Shown one piece after another: positions 49,645 through 62,400 of a stretch of DNA of 64,000 nucleotides. The notes under the pieces were generated by a model, which was given only the letters and a program-made list of their open reading frames with translations, had not been told where the DNA came from and did no database searches. The stretch spans positions 192,001 to 256,000 of the forward strand of contig JBPOGI010000002.1 of the NCBI GenBank assembly GCA_051251855.1. Reading direction: 5' to 3'. Every line of letters begins with the position of its first letter. Position 1 is the first letter of the stretch. The translations under genes and the position numbers were made by a program. Source of the DNA: Roseibacillus sp. Its GTDB lineage: Bacteria > Verrucomicrobiota > Verrucomicrobiia > Verrucomicrobiales > Akkermansiaceae.

Positions 49645-52095
49645 ATGAAGAGAAAGAAGATTGAGCCTGATGAACACTTTAGCTACGGACCGATGGAAGT
49701 ATCGCGGTTTGGCCGATTTGTCCGTATGCGAACGAATTGGAGTGAAGAGGGATACGCAGACTTCATCAAGAAGCTTCGGGAACGTGCCCCCTTAATTGAG
49801 CAAGAGATTACTGTTCAAATCGAAAGAGTAGCTGCGATTATACACCGCAACGATCCTCTTGAGTTGCTGATGCGGGCCTATTGGCAGATGGGCTCCTTGC
49901 ACATGGAGCTAACGTCGGAAACGCTCGCAGACCACAACTCTGTCGTTTCTTTGCATTTACTTGAATTTATCCACAACATTGTGGCCTCCTCGGAACGAGT
50001 GCCAGTTGTGCCCGAGAAAGTTTCGGAGGATGATTGGATTGCCATCAGCGAGGGGTTCACGGAACTCTACGATAAAATCAACAGGCAATTTTTAATGTGT
50101 GAAGGGGCACTGATCCGCGAGGAGGAGGAAAACGAAGAGTTCGCTCGGTTTCGCTATCAGGCTTTGGGGCACTGGATCAATGTGAGGGGAGAACGCCATT
50201 CGGTTCATGAGAAGCAACACCTCGAAGACCTTCTTCTTTGTCACTCCTCACAAATTGAGGCGGCATTAGGCATTAGCGCAGAACTCCTCATTGAGGAAAT
50301 AGCCAAAGTTCATGCAAGTCTTACCCGAGGTATCATGCTGGCACTTGAGGAAATGCATCAAATCTATGACCAAGCGACCGCTGAGTGGAAGAATCGCAAC
50401 CAGAATACCGAACAGGGCAGTCTTTCCGAAGAAGTGCTTTCAAAGCAGATTCACACTATCATATCGGAACTCGGACTGGAGCAGCGCGCTCTTAAGTTGC
50501 GAGAGGAAATCTTCGGACCCGGCTTGTTCGATTTGCAGCAGATCACCGACCTGCCTCCCTCCTTGCTTGAACTTCTGTCTTGGAGAGAAGGACAGGAGAC
50601 CGAGTTTTTCTCGGCAGGGAAGTTTCCTGGGTGGCCAGTTAGGACACCGCCGCTTACTAAGCGACCTTTCCTACAAATTGGTGGCCGATTTTACTGCTTT
50701 TGTCTCTACGGTCTTTTCGACAACTTTTACCGTGTTATTCACAGAGTAGTCCTTGCGCAAAAGTCTGCGCTTCGACAGGAGTGGAGGGAAGTTCAAAAGG
50801 ACAATTCAGAAAGTCTTCCTCTTAGATACTTTGACCATATTCTACCTAGGAACACTCAGTATCGGGATGTCTACTACAAGTGGTTCCCGAACAAAAAACA
50901 TCCCAAAAAAGAGTGGTGTGAGACCGATGGATTGGTGGTGTTCGGCGATCACTTGTTCGTCATAGAAGTGAAGGCGGGTGCGTTTTCCCAAAGCTCTCCC
51001 ATGGAGAATTTTGACGCCTTTGTTTCGTCTATCAAAGGCCTGGTCGAGGCCCCGGCTAGACAGGGAAGGCGCTTCGTTGACTACCTCCATAGCTTCCCTG
51101 AAGTCTCTCTGTTTGATTCTTCGAGAAAAGAAATTGGGAAGCTCTCGGCTGCTCAGTTTCGAAAAATTACTGTCTGCGTCGTTACTATTGACCCCTTTAC
51201 CGAGATCGCAGCAAAAATTGAGCACCTCGACTCAGCTCTAGGAGTTGAAATTGGTCCAATACCAACCTGGGCCGTTTCGTTGGATGACTTGCGAGGCATC
51301 TCCGAGATATTTACGAGTCCTCTCGTCTTCCTTCACTTCTTGGAGCAGCGCATGAAGGCCGCTAAAAGCAAGGAGCTTCGCCTAGATGATGAGTTTGATC
51401 ACGTCGGATTATATTTCGCGGTGAACGACTATTCGATGCACGCGTCAGAGTTGAAGCAAAGTCTTGCTACTCATTTAACGTTCTCAGGCTACCGGAAACC
51501 GATTGATGAGTTCTTCCACGAACGTTTGTTCAATCCTGATTTTCCTTCACCGTTCGCCCAAGCCATACCAGATGAAATTCAGAAGATTTTGAATTTCTGT
51601 GTTGAACAAGGTGCCGAAACGATGGTCGAACTCTCTAGCTTCCTTCTCGATTGTAGTTATGAAGGACGAGAAGGCATTGCGGATGGTATAGTCTCCGCAT
51701 TGCGGTCGCAAAGTAGTCGGAAGAGAATTCAGATTCCTGCAATGTCGGGAGAAGTCAGGCTAACTATTGGGTGTTGGCAACCACATGTTTTTGCCCCAGA
51801 TCGCAAGTTCTTGGCACGACACGCGAAAGCAGAGTTGCTAGCCCATAATGAGAAGGATCGAAAAATCCTTGAAGTTTTCTTCAATCAGAAGAACGAAATC
51901 ACTCGGATCGAATGGAGCGGTATTGCCTTGGAGGACATTCCCGAACAAGAACTGCCAATTTACGAAGCAGAGGCTGAGAAGCTTCGAATGAGAAGAATCC
52001 GTCAGACAACAGAACAGTCAGGGAAAATTGGTAGAAACACTAAATGCCCTTGCAGCAGTGGTAAGAAGTTCAAACATTGTTGCTTAGAAAGGTGA
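49645..52095 (+). CDS. Large PD-(D/E)XK/NERD-like nuclease with C-terminal SEC-C motif
   Basis: ETDGLV...VIEVKAG; C-terminal IGRNTKCPCSSGKKFKHCC. Confidence 0.75.
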   Translation: MKRKKIEPDEHFSYGPMEVSRFGRFVRMRTNWSEEGYADFIKKLRERAPLIEQEITVQIERVAAIIHRNDPLELLMRAYWQMGSLHMELTSETLADHNSVVSLHLLEFIHNIVASSERVPVVPEKVSEDDWIAISEGFTELYDKINRQFLMCEGALIREEEENEEFARFRYQALGHWINVRGERHSVHEKQHLEDLLLCHSSQIEAALGISAELLIEEIAKVHASLTRGIMLALEEMHQIYDQATAEWKNRNQNTEQGSLSEEVLSKQIHTIISELGLEQRALKLREEIFGPGLFDLQQITDLPPSLLELLSWREGQETEFFSAGKFPGWPVRTPPLTKRPFLQIGGRFYCFCLYGLFDNFYRVIHRVVLAQKSALRQEWREVQKDNSESLPLRYFDHILPRNTQYRDVYYKWFPNKKHPKKEWCETDGLVVFGDHLFVIEVKAGAFSQSSPMENFDAFVSSIKGLVEAPARQGRRFVDYLHSFPEVSLFDSSRKEIGKLSAAQFRKITVCVVTIDPFTEIAAKIEHLDSALGVEIGPIPTWAVSLDDLRGISEIFTSPLVFLHFLEQRMKAAKSKELRLDDEFDHVGLYFAVNDYSMHASELKQSLATHLTFSGYRKPIDEFFHERLFNPDFPSPFAQAIPDEIQKILNFCVEQGAETMVELSSFLLDCSYEGREGIADGIVSALRSQSSRKRIQIPAMSGEVRLTIGCWQPHVFAPDRKFLARHAKAELLAHNEKDRKILEVFFNQKNEITRIEWSGIALEDIPEQELPIYEAEAEKLRMRRIRQTTEQSGKIGRNTKCPCSSGKKFKHCCLER

Positions 52096-52154
52096 CTGGA
52101 AGCATGTCTAAATCAGAGAAGGAGCTCTTCGAACCCTCTTAATCGTAGCCCGAA

Positions 52155-53510
52155 ATGGAGTCCCCAATTATCACCCTCGAAGATTGGTTACTGGCCCAAT
52201 GTCATCGCGAAGATGAAGTGGGTCTCGTTGCACGTTCGTGGGTCGAAACATCCGCAGGATCGGAAGGTCAGGTTTCTTTTCTCTCATGGTGGCAGGAGAG
52301 GAAAGAAGGACAGATACTCACCCCGGGGGTCGTTCAGGCTGAGAGCGAATACAAAGAGGCCGCAGTGGAGCTAGGCAAGGGAAGAAGCCACGAAACCTTT
52401 CCTTTCCTCTGGGCCACTGAGGGTTTTCAGGAACGCTCCGAAAAAAGACGAAAATTTCATGAGTCCAATGCGGAAATGACCGGCTCTTCTTACCTACATT
52501 TACTTCATTGTCAGCTGAGAGACTTTCTCAGAAACCGGGAGGTTGTCTACCTCGACACTTTTTATTGGACTAAGATGCGTGATGCAGTGCTTGGCAAAGG
52601 CGAAACGCGATTCCTTTCGCTTTTCGAGCAACTGCAGTCTTTGGTCGAATCCGGTCGAATTATCTGCCCGTTAAGTCATAGCTTGTTTGAGGAGTTGATG
52701 AGGCAGAGCGACACGGTCACTCGGATGGCAACTGCCAAATTGATGGATGCTCTTTCCGCTGGGGTTTGTTTGCGGGCACCTGACGAACTCATCGAAGTTG
52801 AAATTAGACGACAGATTTACAGGTCAATTAAACCCGAAGTAAAGGATGCATGGACTGAGTGGATTTGGACGAAAGTTGGGTTTCTGTTTGGAGAGCAGCT
52901 GCCGATAAATGAGGATATGTCGGATGAGGACAATGATTACGTGCAGAAAAATTACATCGACTACATGTGGTATGAGCGCAACCTCGTAGAGTTTCTAGAA
53001 GCTCTTCAACATGAGCAGTTCCCTTTGCCAGACAATGAGGCCTATGCAGCAGCAACCAATGTAGACTTTGGTCAGGTTCGTAGCAACAATATGGGAAAGG
53101 AGGCAATCAGACATCAGGAGGCTGGATTTGTCTGGCACAGTCATTATTTCAAAACCTTCAAGCGTGTTGTTCAGGAAATATGGGAGGCTGAGAAGCAGGC
53201 TTGCCAGGAGTATGCCGCTAAGGCTGAGAATCAAAGTCAGCCAAAACCAAACCCAAACGTGCTGCCAAATCTCCACATTCTAGCAACCCTCTCGACCTAC
53301 TTTGCATCCGACAAACGGAAGGTTGTCCGTCCTACTGATATTCCCGACATGGAACACGCTGCATTCGCTCTTCCATACTGCGACGTGTATACCTGTGATC
53401 GCGCTATGGGTCATGCAATCCAGCAACCTCCGCACCGTCTTGAGCGAACCTTTAAAACGAAAGTCTGCGACCGGGTTGAGGAGCTTTTGCAGCATCTCGA
53501 TACGCTGTAA
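52155..53510 (+). CDS. Hypothetical protein: YozE-SAM-like N-terminus plus PIN-like domain
   Basis: LEDWLLAQCHREDEVGLVAR; VYLDT...EEL...DIPDMEHAAFALPYCDVYTCD acidic PIN pattern. Confidence 0.6.
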   Translation: MESPIITLEDWLLAQCHREDEVGLVARSWVETSAGSEGQVSFLSWWQERKEGQILTPGVVQAESEYKEAAVELGKGRSHETFPFLWATEGFQERSEKRRKFHESNAEMTGSSYLHLLHCQLRDFLRNREVVYLDTFYWTKMRDAVLGKGETRFLSLFEQLQSLVESGRIICPLSHSLFEELMRQSDTVTRMATAKLMDALSAGVCLRAPDELIEVEIRRQIYRSIKPEVKDAWTEWIWTKVGFLFGEQLPINEDMSDEDNDYVQKNYIDYMWYERNLVEFLEALQHEQFPLPDNEAYAAATNVDFGQVRSNNMGKEAIRHQEAGFVWHSHYFKTFKRVVQEIWEAEKQACQEYAAKAENQSQPKPNPNVLPNLHILATLSTYFASDKRKVVRPTDIPDMEHAAFALPYCDVYTCDRAMGHAIQQPPHRLERTFKTKVCDRVEELLQHLDTL

Positions 53511-53803
53511 CCAAGGTGGTATTTGTCACGGGGGCTATAACGCCTGGTAGTTAGGTCTTATGCTCGCATACCGACTATATCGCCGCTGGTGCTGGTCGGC
53601 CAGGTAAGCAGGAACAGGCGATGATTGAGACTGCAACCGCTTTGAGGATAGCGTGAGTCAATGGTTGTTGCTCCAGCCAAGATGTGGGGAATAGTGGTTC
53701 TTTTGAAGGAACATCTCAGTATTTGCTCTGGGAATACGGTAGAAGTGACTTTCGGAAAGGCCTGTTCCGCGAAGATGGCGAAGGTTTGCTGCATAGATCG
53801 TGG

Positions 53804-56101
53804 CTACATTTTCAGACTTCGAAGCCGCAACGCATTTAGGATTACCGATACAGAACTGATGCTCATGGCGGCTCCTGCGATCATGGGGCTGAGGAGGATG
53901 CCGGTAAATGGGAAGAGGATGCCGGCTGCGATGGGGATTCCGAGGGTGTTGTAGATGAAGGCGAAGAAAAGATTTTGCCGGATGTTCTTCATCACCGAGC
54001 GACTGATGGAGATCGCTTTGACGATACCGTCGAGGTCGCCCTTGACGAGGGTGATGGAGGCGCTTTCGATGGCGACGTCGGTGCCAGTGCCCATCGCGAT
54101 CCCGACCTGAGCTTCGGCAAGTGCCGGGGCGTCATTGATACCGTCGCCTGCCATCGCGACCACCTCGCCTTCGGCTTTGAGGCGTTGAACCAGTTCAATT
54201 TTATCTTGTGGAGAGAGTCCGGCATGGACTTCGTCGATACCCAGCTTCTCGGCGACTGCTTGGGCTGTGGTCTCGTTGTCGCCGGTGGCCATGAGCACTT
54301 TGATGCCTGCTTCGTGCAGCCTCTTGATTGCAGCGGGTGTGCTCTTTTTAATTGGGTCGGAGATACCGAGGAGGCCGATGGCTTCCTTTTCTCGTGCAAC
54401 CCAAACGACAGTTTGTGCTTCGCTCTGGAACTGGGCCGCTTTGGTCAAAAGGTCTTCAGGGAAGGAGACGTCTTGAGAGCGCACAAAGCTTTCCTGTCCG
54501 ACGTGAATTTGAATTTCTGAGACCTTGCCGGAGACTCCTCCTCCAGTCGTGGAAGCGAATTCTGAAGGCTCACCAATCTCGGCATGGCGGGATTTGGCTT
54601 CGTCAACGATGGCGCGAGCGAGGGGATGCTCGGAACGGGTTTCGAGGGCTGCCGCAAACGATAGAAGATTCTTCTCGGTGGTCCCTTCCTGAGTGGCAAG
54701 GGAAGTGACGTGGGGTTTCCCGGCGGTGAGGGTACCGGTTTTGTCGGTGATAAGAACGGTTATCTTCTCAGCGGTCTCGATGGCTTCGGCGTTTTTGATA
54801 AGGATGCCCGAGCTCGCTGCTCGCCCAATGCCAACCATGATTGACATAGGGGTCGCTAGTCCGAGTGCGCAGGGACAGGCGATGATGAGGACGGCGACTG
54901 CATTGACGATGGCGTAGGCCATCGCAGGAGCTGGCCCCCATACGGCCCAAATTACAAATGTGAGAAGGGCAATGATGAGAACGACCGGGACGAAGTAACC
55001 GGCAACGGTGTCGGCGAGTTTCTGGATGGGTGCGCGGCTCCTTTGAGCGTTGGCGACCATGTGAACGATTTGAGAAAGAAGAGTGTCGCTGCCCACTTTC
55101 TCCGCTCGCATGAGAAAGGAGCCGGTTTGATTGACGGTGCCGCCGATCACGTCTTCGTCGATTCTTTTTTCAACGGGCACGGGTTCGCCAGTGATCATGG
55201 CTTCGTCGATAGTGCTTTTTCCCTCGGTGATAGTGCCGTCGATGGGAACCTTTTCACCGGGGCGGACTCGCAGGAGATCGCCGATGTGAAGGTCTTCCAC
55301 GGGCACTTCTTCCTCCTGGCCGTTTACGACACGATGAGCTGTCTTTGCGGAGAGATTGAGTAAAGCTCCAATCGCTTCGCCGGTTCGGGACCGAGCACGC
55401 GCTTCGAGATATTGACCCAGTAAAACGAGGACGGTAATCACGGCGGCGGCCTCGAAGTAAAGGCCGACCTCCCCATTCTTCCGAAAGGAATCGGGGAAGA
55501 TTCCTGGTAAAAGTACTGCAACAAAACTAAAGATGTAGGCCGCACCCACTCCCAGCATGACGAGAGTAAACATGTTAAGGCTGCGGTTTCGAATCGAGCG
55601 CCACCCGCGTTGAAAGAACATTCCGCCACACCAAAAAACTACCGGCGTCGTGAGGATAAGTTCGACCCACTTGGAAACTGATTTGGGAATAAGCTGCTCA
55701 AGATTGAGGGATGGAATCATTGCTCCCATCGCTAACAAGAAGACGGGTATGGTGAGCGCAAGTCCGATCCAGAACTTGCGCGCGAGATCGCGGATCTCCT
55801 GCTCCGCATGAGGGTCGCTGGAAGTCGGCGAAAGAGCTTCCAGAGCCATGCCGCATTTCGGACAATCACCGGGGCCATCCTGCCTCACCTCTGGGTGCAT
55901 CGGGCAGGTGTAAATCGTGGTGCCGGGAGGGACGGGGACTTGCTCCAAGGCCATGCCGCACTTTGGGCAATCACCGGGTTCGTTGGTTACGACCTCGGGG
56001 TCCATGGGGCAGGTCCACTGACCCGCTTGGGCACTCGTTTTGTTGTTGCGGTCGAGATTTTTGGGATCTTTCGATGAGCAGCAATGCTTTTCGTGGTTCA
56101 T
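53804..56101 (-). CDS. copA: Copper-translocating P1B-type ATPase
   Basis: Two TCPM(D/H)PEV...CPKCGM metal-binding domains, [31 protein letters not shown]. Confidence 0.92.
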   Translation of the reverse strand: MNHEKHCCSSKDPKNLDRNNKTSAQAGQWTCPMDPEVVTNEPGDCPKCGMALEQVPVPPGTTIYTCPMHPEVRQDGPGDCPKCGMALEALSPTSSDPHAEQEIRDLARKFWIGLALTIPVFLLAMGAMIPSLNLEQLIPKSVSKWVELILTTPVVFWCGGMFFQRGWRSIRNRSLNMFTLVMLGVGAAYIFSFVAVLLPGIFPDSFRKNGEVGLYFEAAAVITVLVLLGQYLEARARSRTGEAIGALLNLSAKTAHRVVNGQEEEVPVEDLHIGDLLRVRPGEKVPIDGTITEGKSTIDEAMITGEPVPVEKRIDEDVIGGTVNQTGSFLMRAEKVGSDTLLSQIVHMVANAQRSRAPIQKLADTVAGYFVPVVLIIALLTFVIWAVWGPAPAMAYAIVNAVAVLIIACPCALGLATPMSIMVGIGRAASSGILIKNAEAIETAEKITVLITDKTGTLTAGKPHVTSLATQEGTTEKNLLSFAAALETRSEHPLARAIVDEAKSRHAEIGEPSEFASTTGGGVSGKVSEIQIHVGQESFVRSQDVSFPEDLLTKAAQFQSEAQTVVWVAREKEAIGLLGISDPIKKSTPAAIKRLHEAGIKVLMATGDNETTAQAVAEKLGIDEVHAGLSPQDKIELVQRLKAEGEVVAMAGDGINDAPALAEAQVGIAMGTGTDVAIESASITLVKGDLDGIVKAISISRSVMKNIRQNLFFAFIYNTLGIPIAAGILFPFTGILLSPMIAGAAMSISSVSVILNALRLRSLKM

Positions 56102-56147
56102 AGTGGTTTGTTTTAAGGGAAAAGAGGGGCGTTCTTCGGAAGTGAGA

Positions 56148-58487
56148 TTAGAAACTAATTGTGATGCCACCTCCCCAGCCGTAGTCACTATCCCAAAGGC
56201 CGGTAGCGGAGAAATTCTCGTTGATGAGGTAGCTCGCACCCACTTGGCCGGACCAGTAGTCGCGGGTATCGTATTCAGCTTCGCCGAAGAGTCCCAAGCG
56301 GGAGGTGAGCATCAATTCACGCTCCAAGGTGATGCGGGCTTCTCCGCTGTCGTCCACCCAAGTGGAGGAAAAGAAGTTAAGAGGAAGAGCATAGCGAACT
56401 CCTGCAATGATGCGCTCCGATTCTAGATTGAAATCGCTGGCGCCACCGAAAGAACCTTCGCCATAGACACCGACAAAAACGGTCGTAAAGCGATTGATGT
56501 AGCGGTTGTATGTTAGGTCGGCTTCCCATTCGACATCGATATCATCAGGAATTTCGTTCCAGCCAGCCTGCCATGAAAAATTGAAGGTGTTTCTGAGATT
56601 TTCGTATCTTACTGAACCCTGACTTAAATTGGAGAGCGCATCGGTCATAATGAAGGGATACCAGTGCTGGTCATAGAGATGATTAGAGATGGCTTCAGTC
56701 GCAGGATCAGCAGTGAAGTTATTATAGCGGACCACTCGAGCCATTCCGCCCTTCATGTGATAGAGGAGGTGGCAGTGGAAGAACCAATCTCCGACCTCAT
56801 TGGCATCGAACTCGATAATAGTGGTCGTCATCGGGGCTACATTTACGGTGTGCTTGAGAGGTGATCGGTTGCCTTGTCCGTTAAGAACTCGGAAAAAATG
56901 TCCGTGTAGATGCATTGGATGGTGCATCATTGTTCGGTTTATAAAGATGAAGCGTACCACTTCGCCTTCGTTGATTTTAATGTCGTTCTCAGGTTGTAAG
57001 ACTTCGTTGTTTAGCATCCAGACATAGCGATTCATATCACCATCCAGAGTCAGGCGCAGTTCACGCACGGGTCGGTCAGAGTTGAAGGAGGTGTCCCTGA
57101 CTGAGCGAAGCATTTTGTAAGGCGGGAAGGGCCGGTCCTTGGACATAGGGCTGCCGGTAGAGAGAACCGGAAATCGGGCAGCGTCCTCGCGCAGGAGAAA
57201 ATCATACCAGGCCGGTGGATTCTTCACGAGGCCAGTGTCTTGCATGGCCATGCTATTATGGCCCATACCGCCATCACTCATTCCTCCCATGTTCATTCCT
57301 CCCATGTTCATTCCTCCCATGTTCATTCCTCCCATGTTCATGCCAGGTTTGTCGAAAGCGCCTTCTTTCACCTTTCGGTTAGGCATTCCCATCGTACCTT
57401 CGGGAGTGAGAGCGAATAAGTTTTTCCATTTAAACATATCCATCGTATCGTAAACGAAAGGTTGCGGCATATCGGTCACGGGCTGGCGTTCGCCTTGGCC
57501 AATCCACAATGAAGCCGAGCCTGAGCCGTCCATTGCAGTGGCGCGAAACTCATAGCTTCCACTGGCTGGGACCTTGACGATCACATCATAAGTCTCGGCA
57601 ACTCCTATCAGTAGGGGAGTCTGAAGGTCCACGGGTTCTACATCTTGGCCATCAGCAGCAACGATTTTCAGCGGCCCGCCTGAGTATTGGAGGTGAAAAT
57701 AGGTCGTCGCTGATCCGTCAATAATGCGCAACTTAACGGTGTCGCCGGGCTTCGCAGTCATCGCGCTGGAGGAAGTGCCGTTGATGAGAAAAGCATCATA
57801 GGCCACATCAGCAATGTCCATTGCGGGCATTCGCATAGCTTCACGCTTCCAGTATTCCCCCACCTTATCGGTCTTGATGGCACCGAGAAGGCTCTGGGCC
57901 GTCTTTTTCTGCACACCCATGGCCTCGGAACCACGCCTAAGAAGGCGCATCACTTTGTCCGGGTTCATGTCGGTCCAATCAGACAGTAAGACAACATGCT
58001 CAGAGGAAATTGCGTGGCGCTTCTTCTTTGGCTGAATGACGATGGACCCGTAGACTCCCAACTGCTCCTGGAGTTTCGTATGAGAGTGATACCAATAGGT
58101 TCCGGCTTGTCGGATCGGGAAACGATAGGTGAAAGTGGTTCCCGGCTTAATCGGCGGAAAAGAGACGTGGGGAACGCCATCAAACTGAGGTGGAACCAGT
58201 AGTCCGTGCCAGTGAATCGAGGTTGGCACATCCATGGTATTCGTGACGTTCATGACTGCAGTGTCACCCTCGGTGAAGCGCAGAACGGGGCCGGGGATTC
58301 CGCCGTTAATTGTCATGGCTGGGCGAGACTTTCCTGTGATATTGACCCGTTGCTCGGCAATGGTTAGATCGTAAATCCTTTCTTTTGCATGAAGGAGGGT
58401 CACAAATTGGATGAATATGAGGGGTAGGATGTATCTGAAGTTCTGAGCTAAGGTCGTTTTCATCTTTCTGTTCTTGTTGGAGTTCAT
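56148..58487 (-). CDS. Multicopper oxidase with CopB-like C-terminal barrel
   Basis: [25 protein letters not shown]; Met-rich MNMGG repeats; C-terminal beta-strands ending in F. Confidence 0.92.
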   Translation of the reverse strand: MNSNKNRKMKTTLAQNFRYILPLIFIQFVTLLHAKERIYDLTIAEQRVNITGKSRPAMTINGGIPGPVLRFTEGDTAVMNVTNTMDVPTSIHWHGLLVPPQFDGVPHVSFPPIKPGTTFTYRFPIRQAGTYWYHSHTKLQEQLGVYGSIVIQPKKKRHAISSEHVVLLSDWTDMNPDKVMRLLRRGSEAMGVQKKTAQSLLGAIKTDKVGEYWKREAMRMPAMDIADVAYDAFLINGTSSSAMTAKPGDTVKLRIIDGSATTYFHLQYSGGPLKIVAADGQDVEPVDLQTPLLIGVAETYDVIVKVPASGSYEFRATAMDGSGSASLWIGQGERQPVTDMPQPFVYDTMDMFKWKNLFALTPEGTMGMPNRKVKEGAFDKPGMNMGGMNMGGMNMGGMNMGGMSDGGMGHNSMAMQDTGLVKNPPAWYDFLLREDAARFPVLSTGSPMSKDRPFPPYKMLRSVRDTSFNSDRPVRELRLTLDGDMNRYVWMLNNEVLQPENDIKINEGEVVRFIFINRTMMHHPMHLHGHFFRVLNGQGNRSPLKHTVNVAPMTTTIIEFDANEVGDWFFHCHLLYHMKGGMARVVRYNNFTADPATEAISNHLYDQHWYPFIMTDALSNLSQGSVRYENLRNTFNFSWQAGWNEIPDDIDVEWEADLTYNRYINRFTTVFVGVYGEGSFGGASDFNLESERIIAGVRYALPLNFFSSTWVDDSGEARITLERELMLTSRLGLFGEAEYDTRDYWSGQVGASYLINENFSATGLWDSDYGWGGGITISF
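57276..57342 (-). repeat. 15-bp tandem repeat encoding (MNMGG)x4
   Basis: CATTCCTCCCATGTT repeated within the oxidase Met-rich loop. Confidence 0.85.
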
Positions 58488-58532
58488 GTTTGCAGTTTTG
58501 TCGTCGTCTACGCTGGCTCGGCAGCAGAGTTA

Positions 58533-59414
58533 CTAGATTCTGGGGCTACTTGCGGCAAGGAGCTGGAGCCAACGGGTGGGGTGATTTTCTTCGCCCTCTT
58601 TCGTGTAACGGTCATTGTCCCACTCCACAGAGTAGCCACACTCGCTCAGGATGGCGCGGTAATTATGGGAAAAGGCTAACTCTCGTCCATAGGGGAAGGT
58701 GGCTTCCTCTGAATCCAAGTGGTGGTCGGTGGCAAGGGTCTCGGTCAATACGATCCACGATGACTGTGATTTTTCACGAACAAGTCGAAAGAGAGAAATC
58801 AGTTGGGCGCGGGTGAAGTATTCTAAAACGCCACCATTCGTGTAGAGGATGAGGTCTTTGCCTTGAAAGGATTTGACCCAATCAAAGACGTCGCAGGAAT
58901 CAAAAGCGAGTTGTGGCTTGTCAGGGAAACGCTTTTTGCAGTTGGCAATCTCTTCCTCGCTCAAGTCGAGGCCTGCGAAGTGGGCCACGTTTGGTAGTGA
59001 GTCTGCCAAATAGTTGAGAACTTTTCCGTCGCCGCAACCTAGCTCAAGAAGATGAATCGGGTGGTCGTCACTGCTCGGGACCGCCCTTCGCGAGAGTTCT
59101 CCCACAATGTCGGTGTGATACTTGAGGAAAAGTTCTTCAAAGCGGTTTTCAAAAAGAACGAAGAATTCCTGTGAGAAGGGGGAGGACCAATAGTCGATGA
59201 GAAATTGATGAAGGGTCTCGTGGTCTTTTTCCTCAATCGCCTGATGTTGCCGAGCATTGCGAAGAAGACGTTCGTGATGCTTGAGTGGCCTCGTAAACGG
59301 TTTCGCGCGCACCTTGGCCGCTAGGGCTGGATTGGCGGAGGCAATGAGCCTGCCGAGACCAGCCTTGATTCTTCGTCCGAGGGGGAGATCAGCGGTCGTT
59401 TTGTATGCTTTCAT
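58533..59414 (-). CDS. Class I SAM-dependent methyltransferase
   Basis: LLELGCGDGK, GLDLS, GGVLEY. Confidence 0.8.
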   Translation of the reverse strand: MKAYKTTADLPLGRRIKAGLGRLIASANPALAAKVRAKPFTRPLKHHERLLRNARQHQAIEEKDHETLHQFLIDYWSSPFSQEFFVLFENRFEELFLKYHTDIVGELSRRAVPSSDDHPIHLLELGCGDGKVLNYLADSLPNVAHFAGLDLSEEEIANCKKRFPDKPQLAFDSCDVFDWVKSFQGKDLILYTNGGVLEYFTRAQLISLFRLVREKSQSSWIVLTETLATDHHLDSEEATFPYGRELAFSHNYRAILSECGYSVEWDNDRYTKEGEENHPTRWLQLLAASSPRI

Positions 59415-59474
59415 GTTATGTTATGGTGTGGGTATTGGGAAAGAGGAGGGTGATTGAGTTGTCATGAGGGGAAT

Positions 59475-62400
59475 TCAAGGTTGTGGGTGGAACTTGTGTT
59501 TTAGCTCTTGGTGGAGGCAGTAGAGGGTGGGAACGACGAACATGGTGAGGAGCTCGATGGCCATGCCTCCTACGATGGGCACTGCCATGGGACCCATGAT
59601 GTCGCTTCCTCGGCCGGTGGAGGTGAGGACGGGGAGGAGGGCTAGGAGCGTTGTGGCGGTGGTCATCAGGCAGGGCCGCACCCGGCGCAGACCGGCGGTC
59701 ACGACCAGGTCTCGGATTTCTGCGCGTGAGCTTGGGGTGGTCTCGTTAAAGAGTTGCTTGAGGTAGGTAGCGATTACGACTCCGTCGTCGGTGGCGATTC
59801 CGAACAAGGCTAGGAATCCAACCCAAACTGCTGCCGAGAGAGCGATAGGGTGAACGTTGAAAAGGTCGGCGAAATCGACGCCAATAAACTCGAATTGCAG
59901 GAAGTGAGGCTGACTATAAAGCCAGAGCAGGACGAATCCGCCCGACCATGCGACCAGAATTCCACTGAAGATGATCAGGGTCGTGACGCTGGATTTGAAC
60001 TGAAGATAAAGCAGGATGAAAATCGCGAAGAGGGAAATTGGCACCACTAAGAGGAGTGTTTTGTCGAGTTCGCGCTTCTGCTTGTAGGACCCCGCAAATT
60101 CCCAAGTGACTCCGGGAGGGACGATGAGGGCGCCCGTTTCGCGCTGCTTGGCGAGGTAGTCTTGTGCACTCTCGACGACATCGACATCGGTGAAGCCTTC
60201 GTCATTGCCGAAGGTGATATAGGAGGTGAGAAAGGTGTTCTCGCTTTTAATCATTTGCGGTCCCCGCACGTAGTTGATGGTGGCTACTTGGGAGAGTGGG
60301 ATTTGGGTGCCGTCGCTGGTGGTGAGCAGAGTTTGCTCGATGGCTTCAATGGAATTGCGTTGCTCTCGCTGATAGCGCACCCGGACTGCGAAGCGTTCGC
60401 GCCCTTCGATGGTGGTGGTCACTTCCATTCCGCCGATGGCCGCCTGCATCGTGTCCACGACATCCGCGACATTGAGCCCAAAGCGTTGTGCGGCTTCGCG
60501 GTCGGGAATGATTTCCAAATAGGGCTTTCCGATGATGCGGTCGGCATTGATGGTGGCGAGGCTGAGCCCGGGGATGGCGCTTTCCTTCAGCTGTTTTTCC
60601 AAGGCGAGAGTGGCGGTCTCGAGAGTTGGGAGGTCAGGGGCGCGCACCTTGAGCCCCATAGGCGCTCGCATTCCGGTTTGTAGCATCACGAGGCGAGTCT
60701 CAATCGGTTGTAGCAAGGGTGCGCCAGTGGTGCCGGTGACCTTGGCCACCTTTTCAATTTCACTCCAGATATCACGAGCGGTCTTAATGTGGGGACGCCA
60801 TTGGCGGAAGGGGCGGCCCTTTTTATCAGGAATCAGTTCGCCTTCTTCGGTGTATACGTGGTGCTGGTGATCGCGGTCGTATTGGTAGCGGATGGGGTGG
60901 CCATCGGGGTCGCTACGGAACTCGGGTAAGTAGTGGATCACGGTCTCGATCATCGAGACCGGTGCCGGGTCAAGGGAGGACTCCACGCGCCCGATTTTTC
61001 CCACTACGAGAGAGACCTCAGGCACGGTGGAGATCGCTTGATCCAATTCCGTAAGGGCCTCCATGGCCTCGGCGATGGAGGCATGGGGACTAATGGTGGG
61101 CATGAAGAGAAAGGAGCCTTCATCCAGGCGAGGCCTGAACTCGGAAGAGAGTCCGGGAAAGGTCTTGCTAAAGTCCTGCCACAGGGCGGTCTCCTGAGTT
61201 CCGTTCCCAAGAACCTTGGGAACAAAGGAGAACACCTTCGCAAAACCTAACCACGACATTAGGGCCAGGATGAGAAGGCCCACTGGCAGGGTGAGGAAGG
61301 TGGCCTTGTGAGCCAGGCACCAGCGCAGTATAGGCGCGTATATGAGCTCGAACAATTTGAAGCCACCCAAAAGAATGACGAGGAGAGCGGCCACGAGGAT
61401 AAAATTGGCCCCTTGCGAGCGGTCCAGGCCCAAGGGAGCCCAATCACCAGCGAGTAGCCAACCCACCAGCCCCGCGACGATGAGATTGAGCGGCAGGAAA
61501 ACGCGAGTCTTCCACTTGCCGGGGGCAGCCTTTTTTACTTTGCCAAAGAGAAGGTGAGCCAAGGGAGGAATGATGGTGAGAGCGACAATCACGGAGGCGC
61601 TGATTGCAAAGGTCTTGGTGAAAGCGAGTGGTCGAAAGAGTCGTCCGGCCTCGCCGGTGAGTGCAAAGACAGGAAGGAAAGATACTACCGTGGTGGCCAC
61701 TGCAGTGAGGACCGCTCCTGCCACCTCATGGGTTCCACGCAGAATCACGGGCAAGGTTCGCTCGCCTGGTTCGGCCTCGTCGAGGTGCTTGAGGACGTTC
61801 TCGGTGAGGACAATGCCGACATCGACGACCGTTCCAATCGCGATTGCGATCCCGGCGAGGGCCACCACATTGGCGTCGATACCAAAGGTCTTCATTGCGA
61901 TGAATGTGACAAGAACAGCGAGTGGTAGCATGGCGCTGATCAAAACCGAGGTGCGTAAATGCATCACCATGATCACGACCACGATTATGGTGATCAAGAC
62001 CTGTTGAAAGAGCGCCTCTTCCAGGGTGCCAAGGGTCTCCGAAATTAAGCCCGAACGATCATAAAAAGGCACGATAGTCAGCTGGGAGTGATTGAGCCAA
62101 GCCGGCCATTGAGTGCTCGGGTTTGTTTTGGTCCATGGCAGCCAGGCGAGGTGATTGACTTCGGTGGAGGGGGCCTCACCCACGAAGGGGTCATTGATTT
62201 GATGGCTTTCGGCAAAGGCCAAGACCTCGTCGCGCGTGGTTTCACCCCAATCGATGAGAACGCGTTGGGGCAAGCCAGAGGAGAGCTTTGCGATCTGTTC
62301 CTTGGTGTTTTTGATGGTCGCCATTGGGTTTTCGCCAAAGCGGGCAATGACCACGCCGCCAACGGCTTCGGCCCCATCCTTGTCGAGGGCACCACGACGC

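Noticed and set aside
49645..52095. secA translocase
   Set aside because: Only the SEC-C zinc motif is present; no SecA DEAD ATPase motifs
53511..53803. Integron attC site or small gene between the defence and copper blocks
   Set aside because: TAAC...GTTAGG are too close and lack attC inverted arms; ORF 53558..53794 has no recognisable features
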